Positions 7,619 through 15,857 of a DNA stretch of 45,266 nucleotides are shown piece by piece. Within the stretch, counting starts at the first letter, position 1. Every line of letters begins with the position of its first letter. The stretch lies in the IMG/VR virus record IMGVR_UViG_2531839130_000013; one strand, written 5' to 3'. A program made the position numbers and the translations under genes. The notes beneath the pieces were generated by a model that was not told the origin of the DNA, ran no database searches, and was given only the letters and a program-made list of their open reading frames with translations. This DNA comes from a virus (Duplodnaviria; Heunggongvirae; Uroviricota; Caudoviricetes).

Positions 7619-8040
7619 AAATCAAGCATGAACACATCCGCATGGCGATGAATGCCTGGGCGCATCCGGACGGTGAAAAAGTTCCGGCTGCGAAAATTAC
7701 CAAAGCGTATTTCGAGCTGGGAATGACGTTCCCGGAACTGTATAACGACAGCCATCCGGAAGCCCTGGCTCGCAATACTCAGAAAATTTTCCGCTGGGTG
7801 GAGAAAGACACCCCTGATGCGGTTAAAAAAATTCAGGCGTTGTTACCAGCTATCGAAAAAGCAATGCCGCCTCTGCTGGTGGCCCGAATGCGCAGCCACA
7901 GTTCAGCCTGGTTTCGGGAGCTGGTGGAGACGCGGGAACGGCTGGTGAGAGACGCTGATGATTTTGTCGCAGTGGCGATCGCTGGTTTCAACCAGATGAA
8001 TCGTGGTGGCCCTGCAGGAAATATTGTGGCTGTGCATTGA
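7615..8040 (+). CDS. YdaT-like protein (cII-position regulator / putative toxin family)
   Basis: 141-aa ORF starting MKIKHEHI..., overlapping the stop of the Cro-like gene; synteny and N-terminus resemble Rac prophage YdaT as I recall it. Confidence 0.5.
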   Translation: MKIKHEHIRMAMNAWAHPDGEKVPAAKITKAYFELGMTFPELYNDSHPEALARNTQKIFRWVEKDTPDAVKKIQALLPAIEKAMPPLLVARMRSHSSAWFRELVETRERLVRDADDFVAVAIAGFNQMNRGGPAGNIVAVH

Positions 8041-8105
8041 CTCGCAATATTCATACCGGATCACTTCCGGCAATTTGTGAGTAAAAAGATTCGGTATCAA
8101 AAGAG

Positions 8106-9152
8106 GTGAGTATGGCTAACGCCTGGCTCAGATTATGGCATGACATGCCAAACGATCCTAAGTGGCGAACAATTTCCAGGTTGTCAGGACAGCCAATCGC
8201 AACAGTGATGGCTGTGTATATCCACCTTCTGGTGAGTGCGTCACGAAATGTCACGACATGTCACGGTGTGTCACTACGTGGTCACATTGATGTCACGGCG
8301 GAAGATTTAGCAAGTGCGCTTGATGTGACGGAAGAAGTAATTGATTCAATTTTACAGGCAATGCAGGGGCGGGTACTTGATGGAGATTTGATCAGTGGAT
8401 GGGAAAAACGCCAGGTACTGAAAGAGGACAATGGCAACGTTTCACAAACCGCGAAATCCCCGGCAGAGCGCAAGAGAGCGCAGCGCGAGAGGGAAAAATT
8501 ACGAAAACAGAATGAGGGGGCGCGCGACGAGTCACGCATCTGTCACGACATGTCACGACGAGTCACGACAGATAAAGATACAGATAAAGAATTAAACCCC
8601 ACACATAACGCGCGCGTGCGAGAGAGTGCTCCTGCCAGTGAGGCAAATGGCGTGCCGTTGCAAACAGCGGAACCTGATTACCTGGAAGGCCTGAGCGAAC
8701 CCATCGGGAAATTTCCGATGACCGATGGCTGGCATCCGTCGCCGGATTTTCGACGACGGGCTGCGCTGTGGGGCGTGGCTCTTCCTGAGCCGGAATTTAC
8801 ACCAGCTGAACTTTCCGCCTTCCGGGACTACTGGGCAGCGGAGGGCAAAGTGTTCACGCAGGTTCAGTGGGAGCAGAAATTCGCCCGTCACGTAAATCAC
8901 GTCAGGGCGCAGGCTAAACCAGTCAGCAAGGGGGTAAACCATGCAGCAGCACCAGGTGGCACCGCATCACGGGCAGTTCAGGAAATTCGGGCAGCACGTG
9001 AGCAGTGGGAACGTGAAAACGGATTTATCAGCGACGGAAACGGCCTGGAAGCTGTGGGAACTCATGGGGGAGGTTTATTCGAACCGCTGGACCCAGAAGA
9101 ACGGGGCCGCACCTTCGAAGCTCTGGATTGCACAGATTGGCGCGATGACTGA
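8106..9152 (+). CDS. Replication initiation protein (O-like; YdaU/DUF1376-type N-terminus)
   Basis: 348-aa ORF with N-terminal WLRLWHDMPNDPKWRTI motif; two clusters of TGTCACG iterons lie inside the coding sequence, as the lambda ori lies inside O; immediately followed by a P-like gene. Confidence 0.65.
   Translation: MSMANAWLRLWHDMPNDPKWRTISRLSGQPIATVMAVYIHLLVSASRNVTTCHGVSLRGHIDVTAEDLASALDVTEEVIDSILQAMQGRVLDGDLISGWEKRQVLKEDNGNVSQTAKSPAERKRAQREREKLRKQNEGARDESRICHDMSRRVTTDKDTDKELNPTHNARVRESAPASEANGVPLQTAEPDYLEGLSEPIGKFPMTDGWHPSPDFRRRAALWGVALPEPEFTPAELSAFRDYWAAEGKVFTQVQWEQKFARHVNHVRAQAKPVSKGVNHAAAPGGTASRAVQEIRAAREQWERENGFISDGNGLEAVGTHGGGLFEPLDPEERGRTFEALDCTDWRDD
8239..8298. repeat. Iteron cluster 1: about six copies of (T)GTCACG at roughly 10-bp spacing
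   Basis: gcgTCACGaaaTGTCACGacaTGTCACGgtgTGTCACtacgtgGTCACattgaTGTCACG read directly from the sequence. Confidence 0.6.
8527..8564. repeat. Iteron cluster 2: four copies of GTCACG(A) followed by an A/T-rich tract (8565-8595)
   Basis: GAGTCACGcatcTGTCACGacaTGTCACGacgaGTCACGacag then gataaagatacagataaagaattaaa; iterons plus AT-rich region are ori-like. Confidence 0.55.
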
Positions 9153-9606
9153 GCAGCAAATCCGACAGGTCTGCCGCCAGTGCATGGACCGCTGCCGGGC
9201 GGGTGAAACATGGCCTCCGGACCTGGCTGAGTTTGTGGCACTGATTTCGGAGAGTGGGGCAAATCCATTTGGTCTGACGGTGGATGCTGTGATGGAGGAG
9301 TACCGTCGCTGGCGCAATGAGTCCTGGCGATACGACGGAAGCGATAAATACCCATGGACTCAGCCTGTGCTGTATCACATTTGCCTCGAGATGCGTTCAA
9401 AGGGGATTGAGCGCCAGATGACCGAAGGGGAATTAAAACGGCTTGCAGAACGGCAGCTGACGAAATGGGCAAAGCATGTTAGTAACGGCCTGAGCGTTCC
9501 GCCAGTCCGGCGACAACTGGCGGCACCCAAACGCCCGTCGGGACCAACGCCAATTGAGTTACTGAAACAGGAATATGAACGCCGGAAAGCGGCTGGGTTT
9601 GTTTGA
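8941..9606 (+). CDS. Replication protein P-like helicase loader
   Basis: C-terminal two-thirds align by eye with lambda P ([14 protein letters not shown] / [27 protein letters not shown]...[11 protein letters not shown] / YPWKSNAHYWLVTNLY...AELRRKAADEL). 5' end overlaps the initiator gene; true start may be the Met at 9064. Confidence 0.6.
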   Translation: MQQHQVAPHHGQFRKFGQHVSSGNVKTDLSATETAWKLWELMGEVYSNRWTQKNGAAPSKLWIAQIGAMTEQQIRQVCRQCMDRCRAGETWPPDLAEFVALISESGANPFGLTVDAVMEEYRRWRNESWRYDGSDKYPWTQPVLYHICLEMRSKGIERQMTEGELKRLAERQLTKWAKHVSNGLSVPPVRRQLAAPKRPSGPTPIELLKQEYERRKAAGFV

Positions 9607-9640
9607 GTTGAGAAGTAATTTTTACCGGGAGGAAATTTTA

Positions 9641-10402
9641 ATGGAGACCGTTTTTGACGCACTGAAAGCGATGGGAAAAGCTACGTCGGTAGAACTGGCT
9701 GAGCGACTTGATATCAGTCGTGAAGAAGTGCTGAACGAACTATGGGAACTGAAAAAGGCTGGTTTCGTTGATAAAAGCGCGTACACCTGGCGTGTGGCTG
9801 ATAACAACGTTCAGCAGGAACAGCCAGCGCCAGAAGAACAGCCGGAAGAAACCTCCACGGCGACAGTAGCGAAAATCTCAGAGTGCGATTTAACCGCGAC
9901 GATTGAACAACGCGGACCACAAACGGCTGATGAGCTGGCTACATTGTTTGGTACCACATCACGCAAAGTGGCTTCAACGCTGGCAATGGCAATCAGCAAA
10001 GGCCGTCTGATTCGTGCTAATCAGGACGGTAAATTTCGTTACTGTATGCCGGGCGATAATTTACCAGCAGAGCCGAAAGCAGCATCGGTAGCGGAAACTG
10101 ATGGTAAAGCCTTTCCTCAGCCTGCATGCGTTGCGTTACCAGTACAGGAAGCTGCAACACAGGAAGATATTAAAACAGAGACTGTGGCGGACATTGTGCA
10201 GTCGCTGCCATCGTTTACTGAAACGCGAGCGGATGACCTGGTTTTACCATCGCTGCATATGGCAAACCGCGAACTGCGTCGGGCGAAAAATCATGTCCAG
10301 AAGTGGGAGCGAGTCTGCGCCGCGCTGCGGGAGCTGAACAAGCACCGGGATATTGTACGACAGATTACTGATTCTTCCCGCCATGTTGCATCGGAAAAGT
10401 GA
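9641..10402 (+). CDS. Hypothetical protein with N-terminal winged-helix-like segment (253 aa)
   Basis: Start [12 protein letters not shown]... with GGGAGG SD; N-terminal [28 protein letters not shown] looks like a wHTH; acidic/Q-rich linker. Confidence 0.5.
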   Translation: METVFDALKAMGKATSVELAERLDISREEVLNELWELKKAGFVDKSAYTWRVADNNVQQEQPAPEEQPEETSTATVAKISECDLTATIEQRGPQTADELATLFGTTSRKVASTLAMAISKGRLIRANQDGKFRYCMPGDNLPAEPKAASVAETDGKAFPQPACVALPVQEAATQEDIKTETVADIVQSLPSFTETRADDLVLPSLHMANRELRRAKNHVQKWERVCAALRELNKHRDIVRQITDSSRHVASEK

Positions 10403-10834
10403 TTGCCGGAGGCACCTGTGGCAAAAGTATTTACACCAGAAGAGCGGGAAAAAATTAAAGGGCAGGTTATTGAACTCGTGCGCCAGAGTGGGCGCGAGAC
10501 GTTACGGCAACTGGAAGCTAAAACAGGGGCGACAAGATACCTGATGAGCGTTCTCGCCAGAGAGCTGGTTGCCAGTGGTGATGTATACAACTCTGGCTAC
10601 GGGTTATTCCCGTCTGAACAGGCTCGTAAGGACTGGATAAAGGCCCGCAAAAAGATGTCGAAAGCAGCAGTGAAAAAAAAGAGCGACCCGGACTTGGTTT
10701 ATTCATTACCAGACGGAGAAATACGTCGTTACAACAGACGACAGAACATAATCTGTCGCGAGTGCCGGAAGAGTGAGGTTATGCAGCGAGTGCTGGCGTT
10801 TTATCAGGGGAATTTTGAGGAGGAGGTACTGTGA
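10403..10834 (+). CDS. Hypothetical protein (143 aa)
   Basis: ORF abutting the previous stop; contains a CxxC pair near the C-terminus (CRECRKSE); no family recognised. Confidence 0.4.
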   Translation: MPEAPVAKVFTPEEREKIKGQVIELVRQSGRETLRQLEAKTGATRYLMSVLARELVASGDVYNSGYGLFPSEQARKDWIKARKKMSKAAVKKKSDPDLVYSLPDGEIRRYNRRQNIICRECRKSEVMQRVLAFYQGNFEEEVL

Positions 10835-10891
10835 GTGAAATTAGCTATCAGTCTTCAATTACCGCTGGCATTCGCATCAAAGGAGAGGAGC

Positions 10892-11251
10892 ATGGAAATA
10901 AAACCAGAAGATGAGTTAAGTAATATTGTTTTATTTCCGGTAAAAGAGGATGACCCACGTAATCAGGTTAATTTTCTTTATGAGCCATCGGAAAGACCAT
11001 GCTGCCATCACGCTTCTGTCCGGGTTGACGAAAAAGAGCGTCAGGTCCGCTGTAAAATCTGCGGTGCAGTTGTGGAGCCATTTGACTGGATGCTCTCTGT
11101 GGCGAAAAGAGAAACCAGACTGGCAGATGGTGTAAAACAATTGCGTCAGGAGGAACGGGAAAGACGGAAAAATATAGAAAAGTTAATTCAGATTGAGCGT
11201 AACGCGAAAGCGCGGATACGCAGGGCGAAAAAAACAGAACTGAATAATTAA
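10892..11251 (+). CDS. Hypothetical zinc-ribbon protein (119 aa)
   Basis: Start MEIKPEDE with strong AAAGGAGAGGAG SD; Cys/His cluster CCHH...C.IC suggests a zinc ribbon; basic C-terminal tail. Confidence 0.5.
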   Translation: MEIKPEDELSNIVLFPVKEDDPRNQVNFLYEPSERPCCHHASVRVDEKERQVRCKICGAVVEPFDWMLSVAKRETRLADGVKQLRQEERERRKNIEKLIQIERNAKARIRRAKKTELNN

Positions 11252-11395
11252 ATTTAGCACTGTAAATAATTTTAATCCTTAACCTGAGGGATTTCTGCAC
11301 CCTCAGAACATCAGTAGGCCGCCCGAAAGGGCGGGAAGCAGTCACACATTTGTTTCCGATAGTCCCGTTCTAATGCTAGACTATTTGATATTTTC

Positions 11396-12082
11396 ATGAC
11401 CACAATAAATACGTTTATGACAGTTGCTGATTTCAAACGGCCTAAATTGGAGCTCCCAAACGGGGCAAACAAACTACTACTGCACTCTTGCTGTGCTCCA
11501 TGTTCCGGTGAAGTGATGGAGGCGCTTCAGGCCTCGGGAATCGACTACACCATCTTTTTCTACAACCCGAACATTCATCCTCAGAAAGAGTATTTAATTC
11601 GTAAGGATGAGAATATTCGCTTTGCTGAACAACACGGCGTGCAGTTTATCGATGCTGATTACGACACAGACAACTGGTTTGAACGTGCCAAAGGAATGGA
11701 ATGGGAGCCCGAGAGGGGGATCCGTTGTACCATGTGTTTTGACATGCGTTTTGAGCGGACAGCGTTGTACGCTGCTGAAAATGGTTTCAGTGTGATCAGC
11801 AGTTCGCTGGGCATTTCACGCTGGAAAAATATGCAGCAGGTTAACGACTGTGGGCGGCGAGCCGTCGCGCATTATCCGGGAATGGTGTACTGGGATTATA
11901 ACTGGCGCAAGCAGGGCGGCTCGTCCCGTATGATTGAAATCAGCAAGCGCGAAAAATTCTATCAGCAGGAATATTGTGGCTGTGTGTATTCTCTGCGCGA
12001 TACCAATCTACACCGCAAATCTCAGGGACGCCCTCTTATCAAAATTGGTCAACTCCACTACGGTAAAGAAGAGAAGGAGTGA
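11396..12082 (+). CDS. queH: QueH-like protein (DUF208, epoxyqueuosine reductase family)
   Basis: N-terminal [11 protein letters not shown] motif plus downstream conserved Cys (CTMCFD, YCGCV) match the signature of QueH/DUF208 as I recall it; stand-alone gene between replication genes and the hok locus. Confidence 0.6.
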   Translation: MTTINTFMTVADFKRPKLELPNGANKLLLHSCCAPCSGEVMEALQASGIDYTIFFYNPNIHPQKEYLIRKDENIRFAEQHGVQFIDADYDTDNWFERAKGMEWEPERGIRCTMCFDMRFERTALYAAENGFSVISSSLGISRWKNMQQVNDCGRRAVAHYPGMVYWDYNWRKQGGSSRMIEISKREKFYQQEYCGCVYSLRDTNLHRKSQGRPLIKIGQLHYGKEEKE

Positions 12083-12262
12083 TTTTATGGATCACCTTTC
12101 TGATTGATTTCATATTGGCGAGGTAGCAGGAGTTAAGTAGAATTGCTGCGGGTGCTTGAGGCTATCTGTCTCAGGCATGAACACCAAAAGGCAGATAGAG
12201 AAAAGCCCCAGTTAACATTACGCGTCCTGCAAGACGCTTAACATTAATCTGAGGCCATATCT

Positions 12263-12322
12263 ATGCGACACATAGAGATTAGCCTCTTACGGACCGAAAG
12301 GTCAAGGAGAAGCGGGCTATGA
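12263..12322 (+). CDS. Short leader ORF (19 codons) whose stop overlaps the hok ATG (mok-like coupling ORF)
   Basis: atgcgacacatagag... ends in TGA overlapping the hok ATG (cTATGAag); the leader region is rich in inverted repeats typical of hok mRNAs. Confidence 0.3.
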   Translation: MRHIEISLLRTERSRRSGL

Positions 12323-12474
12323 AGCAGCGAAAGGCGATGTTAATCGCCCTGATCGTCATCTGTTTAACCGTCATAGTGACGGCACTGGTAACGAGGAAAG
12401 ACCTCTGCGAGGTACGAATCCGAACCGGCCAGACGGAGGTCGCTGTCTTCACAGCTTACGAACCTGAGGAGTAA
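12319..12474 (+). CDS. hok: Hok/Gef-family type I toxin (51 aa), HokD/RelF-like
   Basis: Hand-translated: MKQRKAMLIALIVICLTVIVTALVTRKDLCEVRIRTGQTEVAVFTAYEPEE, essentially the Hok/RelF sequence; AAGGAGAAG SD upstream; below the size threshold of the ORF track. Confidence 0.85.
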   Translation: MKQRKAMLIALIVICLTVIVTALVTRKDLCEVRIRTGQTEVAVFTAYEPEE

Positions 12475-12544
12475 GAGACCTGGCGGGGGAGAAATCCCTC
12501 GCCACCTCTGATGTGTCAGGCATCCTCAATGCACCCGCACTTAA

Positions 12545-12569
12545 CCCGCTTCGGCGGGTTTTGTTTTTT
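12545..12569 (+). terminator. Intrinsic terminator downstream of hok
   Basis: cccgc-ttcg-gcggg stem-loop followed by an 11-nt T-rich run. Confidence 0.6.
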
Positions 12570-12641
12570 CTGAGCATCCTGGTTTACAATCCACATGCCA
12601 GCCTGAACAACTGGCACCTGCTGCGCCAGCAGAGAAAACAG

Positions 12642-12914
12642 ATGGCGCACAAGACCAAATTACACAATTCTGATACCGTTCGTGCCAGCAGGCACGGGCG
12701 GTGTTCGCACGCATTCAAATATGACTGGTATCAGCACGACCCCTGCACTGAAGAACAGGCCGAATGGCTGATTCATAACTACCGCAGACGTGGGTATGAG
12801 TTTAGGAAAGCCCTCAGCCTCGATTATCGTCACTGGATAATCTACGTCAGACTCCCTTATTCCGAACGCCCACCGCGTCCGTCCCGCACATTCCAGCAAC
12901 GCATCTGGAGGTAA
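12642..12914 (+). CDS. Hypothetical protein (90 aa), in the position of Qin rem
   Basis: Start set at MAHKTKLHN because the longer reading runs through the hok terminator; Cys/His-containing small protein; named by synteny only. Confidence 0.4.
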   Translation: MAHKTKLHNSDTVRASRHGRCSHAFKYDWYQHDPCTEEQAEWLIHNYRRRGYEFRKALSLDYRHWIIYVRLPYSERPPRPSRTFQQRIWR

Positions 12915-12915
12915 C

Positions 12916-13965
12916 GTGCGGGTATTACTTCGACCTGTTCTGGTGCCGGAACTTGGGGTGGTTATCGTTAAGCCAGGTCGTGAATCCATGCAGGTATTCC
13001 ATAACGGCAGAGTGCTGGTTGAACCGGAGCCAAAAAGCATGCGCGGTCTGCCGTCCGGGGTCGTTCCTGCCGTTCGCCAGCCGCTGGCGGAAGACAAATC
13101 TCTGCTGCCATTTTTCAGCGATGAGCGGGTGATTCGTGCTGCCGGCGGCGCTGGTGCACTGTCTGACTGGCTCCTGCGTCATGTTAAATCCTGCCAGTGG
13201 CCTCATGGTGACTACCATCACAGTGAAACCGTCATACATCGTTACGGTACCGGCGCGATGGTGCTGTGCTGGCACTGCGACAACCAGCTGCGTGACCAGA
13301 CATCCGAATCACTCGGGCAACTTGCTCATCAAAACCTGTCAGCATGGATGATTGACGTCATACGCCATGCAGTGAATGGCACGCAGGAGCGGGAATTATC
13401 GCTGGCTGAATTATCCTGGTGGGCGGTCCGCAATCAGGTGGCGGACGCGCTTCCGGAGGCAGTATTACGTCGTTCTCTGGGGTTACGTGCGGAAAAAATC
13501 CGCTCTGTGTACCGTGAAAGCGACATCATACCGGGAGAGCAGACAGCCACCAGCATACTGAAGCAGCGCACAAAAAATATTGTGCTACCGCCTCACGCCC
13601 ACCAGCAACAGAACCCACCACAGGAAAAGACGGTGGTCAGCATTGCCGTTGATCCGGAGTCTCCTGAATCTTTCATGAAGCGACCTAAACGTCGCCGCTG
13701 GGTTAACGAAAAGTACACGCGCTGGGTTAAGACACAGCCGTGTGCATGTTGTGGTAAGCCAGCCGACGATCCCCATCACCTGATTGGTCACGGTCAGGGA
13801 GGGATGGGGACAAAAGCCCACGATATTTTCACGCTACCGCTGTGCCGGGAGCATCACAATGAACTTCATGCTGATCCGCTGGCATTTGAAGAAAAGCATG
13901 GTTCCCAGATTGATTTAATTTTTCGTTTTCTTGATCACGCCTTTGCAACCGGCGTGCTCGGGTAA
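12916..13965 (+). CDS. DUF968-family protein with C-terminal HNH-like Cys/His motif (YdfU-like)
   Basis: GTG start with GGAGG SD; C-terminus CACCGKPADDPHHLIGHGQGGMGTKAHDIFTLPLCREHHNELH is HNH-like; 349 aa like Qin YdfU. Confidence 0.55.
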   Translation: MRVLLRPVLVPELGVVIVKPGRESMQVFHNGRVLVEPEPKSMRGLPSGVVPAVRQPLAEDKSLLPFFSDERVIRAAGGAGALSDWLLRHVKSCQWPHGDYHHSETVIHRYGTGAMVLCWHCDNQLRDQTSESLGQLAHQNLSAWMIDVIRHAVNGTQERELSLAELSWWAVRNQVADALPEAVLRRSLGLRAEKIRSVYRESDIIPGEQTATSILKQRTKNIVLPPHAHQQQNPPQEKTVVSIAVDPESPESFMKRPKRRRWVNEKYTRWVKTQPCACCGKPADDPHHLIGHGQGGMGTKAHDIFTLPLCREHHNELHADPLAFEEKHGSQIDLIFRFLDHAFATGVLG

Positions 13966-13977
13966 AAGAGGTTACTG

Positions 13978-14349
13978 ATGCGTATAGAGTTTGTTTTGCC
14001 TTACCCGCCAACGGTGAACACCTACTGGCGACGTCGTGGCAGTACATATTTTGTATCAAAAGCCGGTGAGCGTTATCGCCGTGATGTGGCGCTCATTGTT
14101 CGCCAGCAGCGACTGAAATTAAATCTGTCCGGAAGGCTGGCGATCAGGATTATTGTGGAGCCACCGGATAAGCGCCGTCGTGACCTGGACAATATCCTGA
14201 AAGCGCCACTGGATGCACTGACACATGCGGGACTGCTTATCGACGACGAGCAGTTTGATGAAATTAATATTGTGCGCAGTCAGCTTGTACCTGGTGGTCG
14301 GCTGGGCGTGAAGATTTACGAAATTACAGGTGGTAACGATGGCACGTGA
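13978..14349 (+). CDS. rusA: Holliday junction resolvase RusA
   Basis: Translation aligns with E. coli RusA including DRRRRDLDN...DALT catalytic region; typical nin-region position upstream of Q. Confidence 0.8.
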   Translation: MRIEFVLPYPPTVNTYWRRRGSTYFVSKAGERYRRDVALIVRQQRLKLNLSGRLAIRIIVEPPDKRRRDLDNILKAPLDALTHAGLLIDDEQFDEINIVRSQLVPGGRLGVKIYEITGGNDGT

Positions 14350-14704
14350 TATTCAGATGGTTCTTGAGCGTTGGGGAGCGTGGGTGGCAAATAATCATGA
14401 GGATGTCACATGGCCATCGATTGCTGCTGGCTTTAAAGGATTAATACCGTCGAAAGTTAAATCGCGTCCGCAATGTTCCGACGATGACGCAATGATCATT
14501 TGTGGCTGTATGGCCCGGTTGAATAAGAACAACAAAGAATTACACGATTTGCTGGTAGATTATTACGTGGCGGGCATGACGTTTATGGCGCTAGCACGAA
14601 AGCATGGTCGTTCGGATTGCTGGGTTGGCCGTTTGTTGCAAAAGGCTGAAGGGATAGTTGACGGCATGTTGATGATGCTTGATATCAAGCTGGACATGGA
14701 CTGA
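14330..14704 (+). CDS. Late-gene antiterminator Q-like protein (about 120 aa, QuuD-type)
   Basis: Position immediately after rusA and before the lysis-side cargo; size matches short Q-family antiterminators; Cys-containing IICGCMARL segment. Start probably MARDIQ at 14339. Confidence 0.5.
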   Translation: MVTMARDIQMVLERWGAWVANNHEDVTWPSIAAGFKGLIPSKVKSRPQCSDDDAMIICGCMARLNKNNKELHDLLVDYYVAGMTFMALARKHGRSDCWVGRLLQKAEGIVDGMLMMLDIKLDMD

Positions 14705-14720
14705 TAAAACTTAACTCACA

Positions 14721-14744
14721 TACCCTCTCCATGCGGAGAGGGTA
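14721..14744. terminator. Bidirectional hairpin between Q and the convergent lipoprotein gene
   Basis: Perfect 10-bp inverted repeat taccctctcc-atgc-ggagagggta between two convergent stop codons. Confidence 0.5.
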
Positions 14745-14748
14745 TGAA

Positions 14749-15228
14749 TTAAATGTTTTTATAATAACTCGCTTTTTCGTTAAAATTATTTTTGTTTTCT
14801 CTGGATGGAGAACTTACGTAGTTTTCCCATGCGCTATACGTTTTGATTAATGCTTCTCGCTCTGTAGGTGATTTTGTGTTTGCCTTGAGTTTTTCAAATG
14901 GTTCTTTTGCTGCATTTAAAACGATCATCATTTGCTCGATGTCGCAGTCAGCGATTGCTTTTGATATATCGGGATCCCAGCCAACTCTCACTAACATATC
15001 TTGCTTGCTGGAAGTAATAAATTGTGTAGTGTTGATTATCATTTCTCCCTTATATAGAAGCTTTAAAAAATTATTTTTGTTAACTTGCTGGGGCGTGTTG
15101 TCCAAGGTGATATTTTCGCATTTCTTTAAATACGCATAATGATCACTATTTCTGTTTTCTGCGGAAGATTGAGCCGTACACCCTGTAATGATCAATGTAC
15201 TTAATAATGTCAATGCTATTTTTTTCAT
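14749..15228 (-). CDS. Lipoprotein of unknown function (159 aa), AT-rich accessory gene
   Basis: N-terminal signal peptide with lipobox LIITGC; markedly lower GC than flanking phage genes; opposite strand to the late operon. Confidence 0.6.
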   Translation of the reverse strand: MKKIALTLLSTLIITGCTAQSSAENRNSDHYAYLKKCENITLDNTPQQVNKNNFLKLLYKGEMIINTTQFITSSKQDMLVRVGWDPDISKAIADCDIEQMMIVLNAAKEPFEKLKANTKSPTEREALIKTYSAWENYVSSPSRENKNNFNEKASYYKNI

Positions 15229-15304
15229 ATGGGCCTGCTTGTGAATTATCGTACAAGAAAAGTTCGACTAAATTTTATCGTAAAAAGACATCGCCGAACA
15301 GATG

Positions 15305-15332
15305 TTTACAATCGTAAAAAATCAAATATGCT
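15305..15332 (+). promoter_or_regulatory. Candidate sigma-70 promoter (TTTACA, 16-bp spacer, TATGCT), possible late pR'-type promoter
   Basis: Hexamers read from sequence, positioned about 35 nt upstream of an intrinsic terminator and upstream of the plus-strand cargo and lysis genes. Confidence 0.3.
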
Positions 15333-15366
15333 GTTAAGAGTGGTTACTTCGCCACACAGCTTAAAC

Positions 15367-15386
15367 CCGCCGCCAGGCGGTTTTTT
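15367..15386 (+). terminator. Intrinsic terminator (candidate tR'-like)
   Basis: ccgcc-gcca-ggcgg hairpin followed by TTTTTT. Confidence 0.45.
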
Positions 15387-15509
15387 GTGTCCGAAAAACG
15401 GCGCAGTACGTTAAACGTGCTGGTGGTTGCGAATACCGGTCTTTCAGCTTGCTGGCTTTTTCGACAAGAGTTATTGGTATGTCACGTTAACCAGAAAAGG
15501 GAAAAAGAC

Positions 15510-15707
15510 ATGCTAAAACAGCAGGATATGACCGAAACTGCCAGAGTGGTGTTTAATGAATTAAGCGTCACCGAACCGGCGACCGTCGGGGAGATTGCGC
15601 AGAATACTTACCTTTCACGCGAACGCTGCCAGTTAATACTGACCCAGCTTGTTATGGCGGGTCTGGCAGATTATCAGTTCGGTTGTTACAGACGCCTTCC
15701 GCGGTGA
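15510..15707 (+). CDS. Small hypothetical protein (65 aa), possible winged-helix regulator
   Basis: Start MLKQQDMTETAR with SD upstream; located just upstream of the methyltransferase gene. Confidence 0.4.
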   Translation: MLKQQDMTETARVVFNELSVTEPATVGEIAQNTYLSRERCQLILTQLVMAGLADYQFGCYRRLPR

Positions 15708-15857
15708 AGGTTTTTTAATTTGTGGTAATGGGCGGCTGGTGGGTGTTAGCGGCACCTGCCAGCCATCTGCTCATGCGTTGTGGTCACAAGCAAACCTCAG
15801 GCCCATCTGCTTTGCGCAAAAGCGGTATGAGCCTATCAGAGAAGTGCTTATTGATCT

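Noticed and set aside
14721-14744. The perfect hairpin after Q as the late tR' terminator
   Set aside because: There is no room for a promoter between the Q stop (14704) and the hairpin (14721) and no T-tract on the plus strand immediately after it; more likely a bidirectional terminator for Q and the convergent lipoprotein gene. The alternative at 15367-15386 is reported instead, with low confidence.
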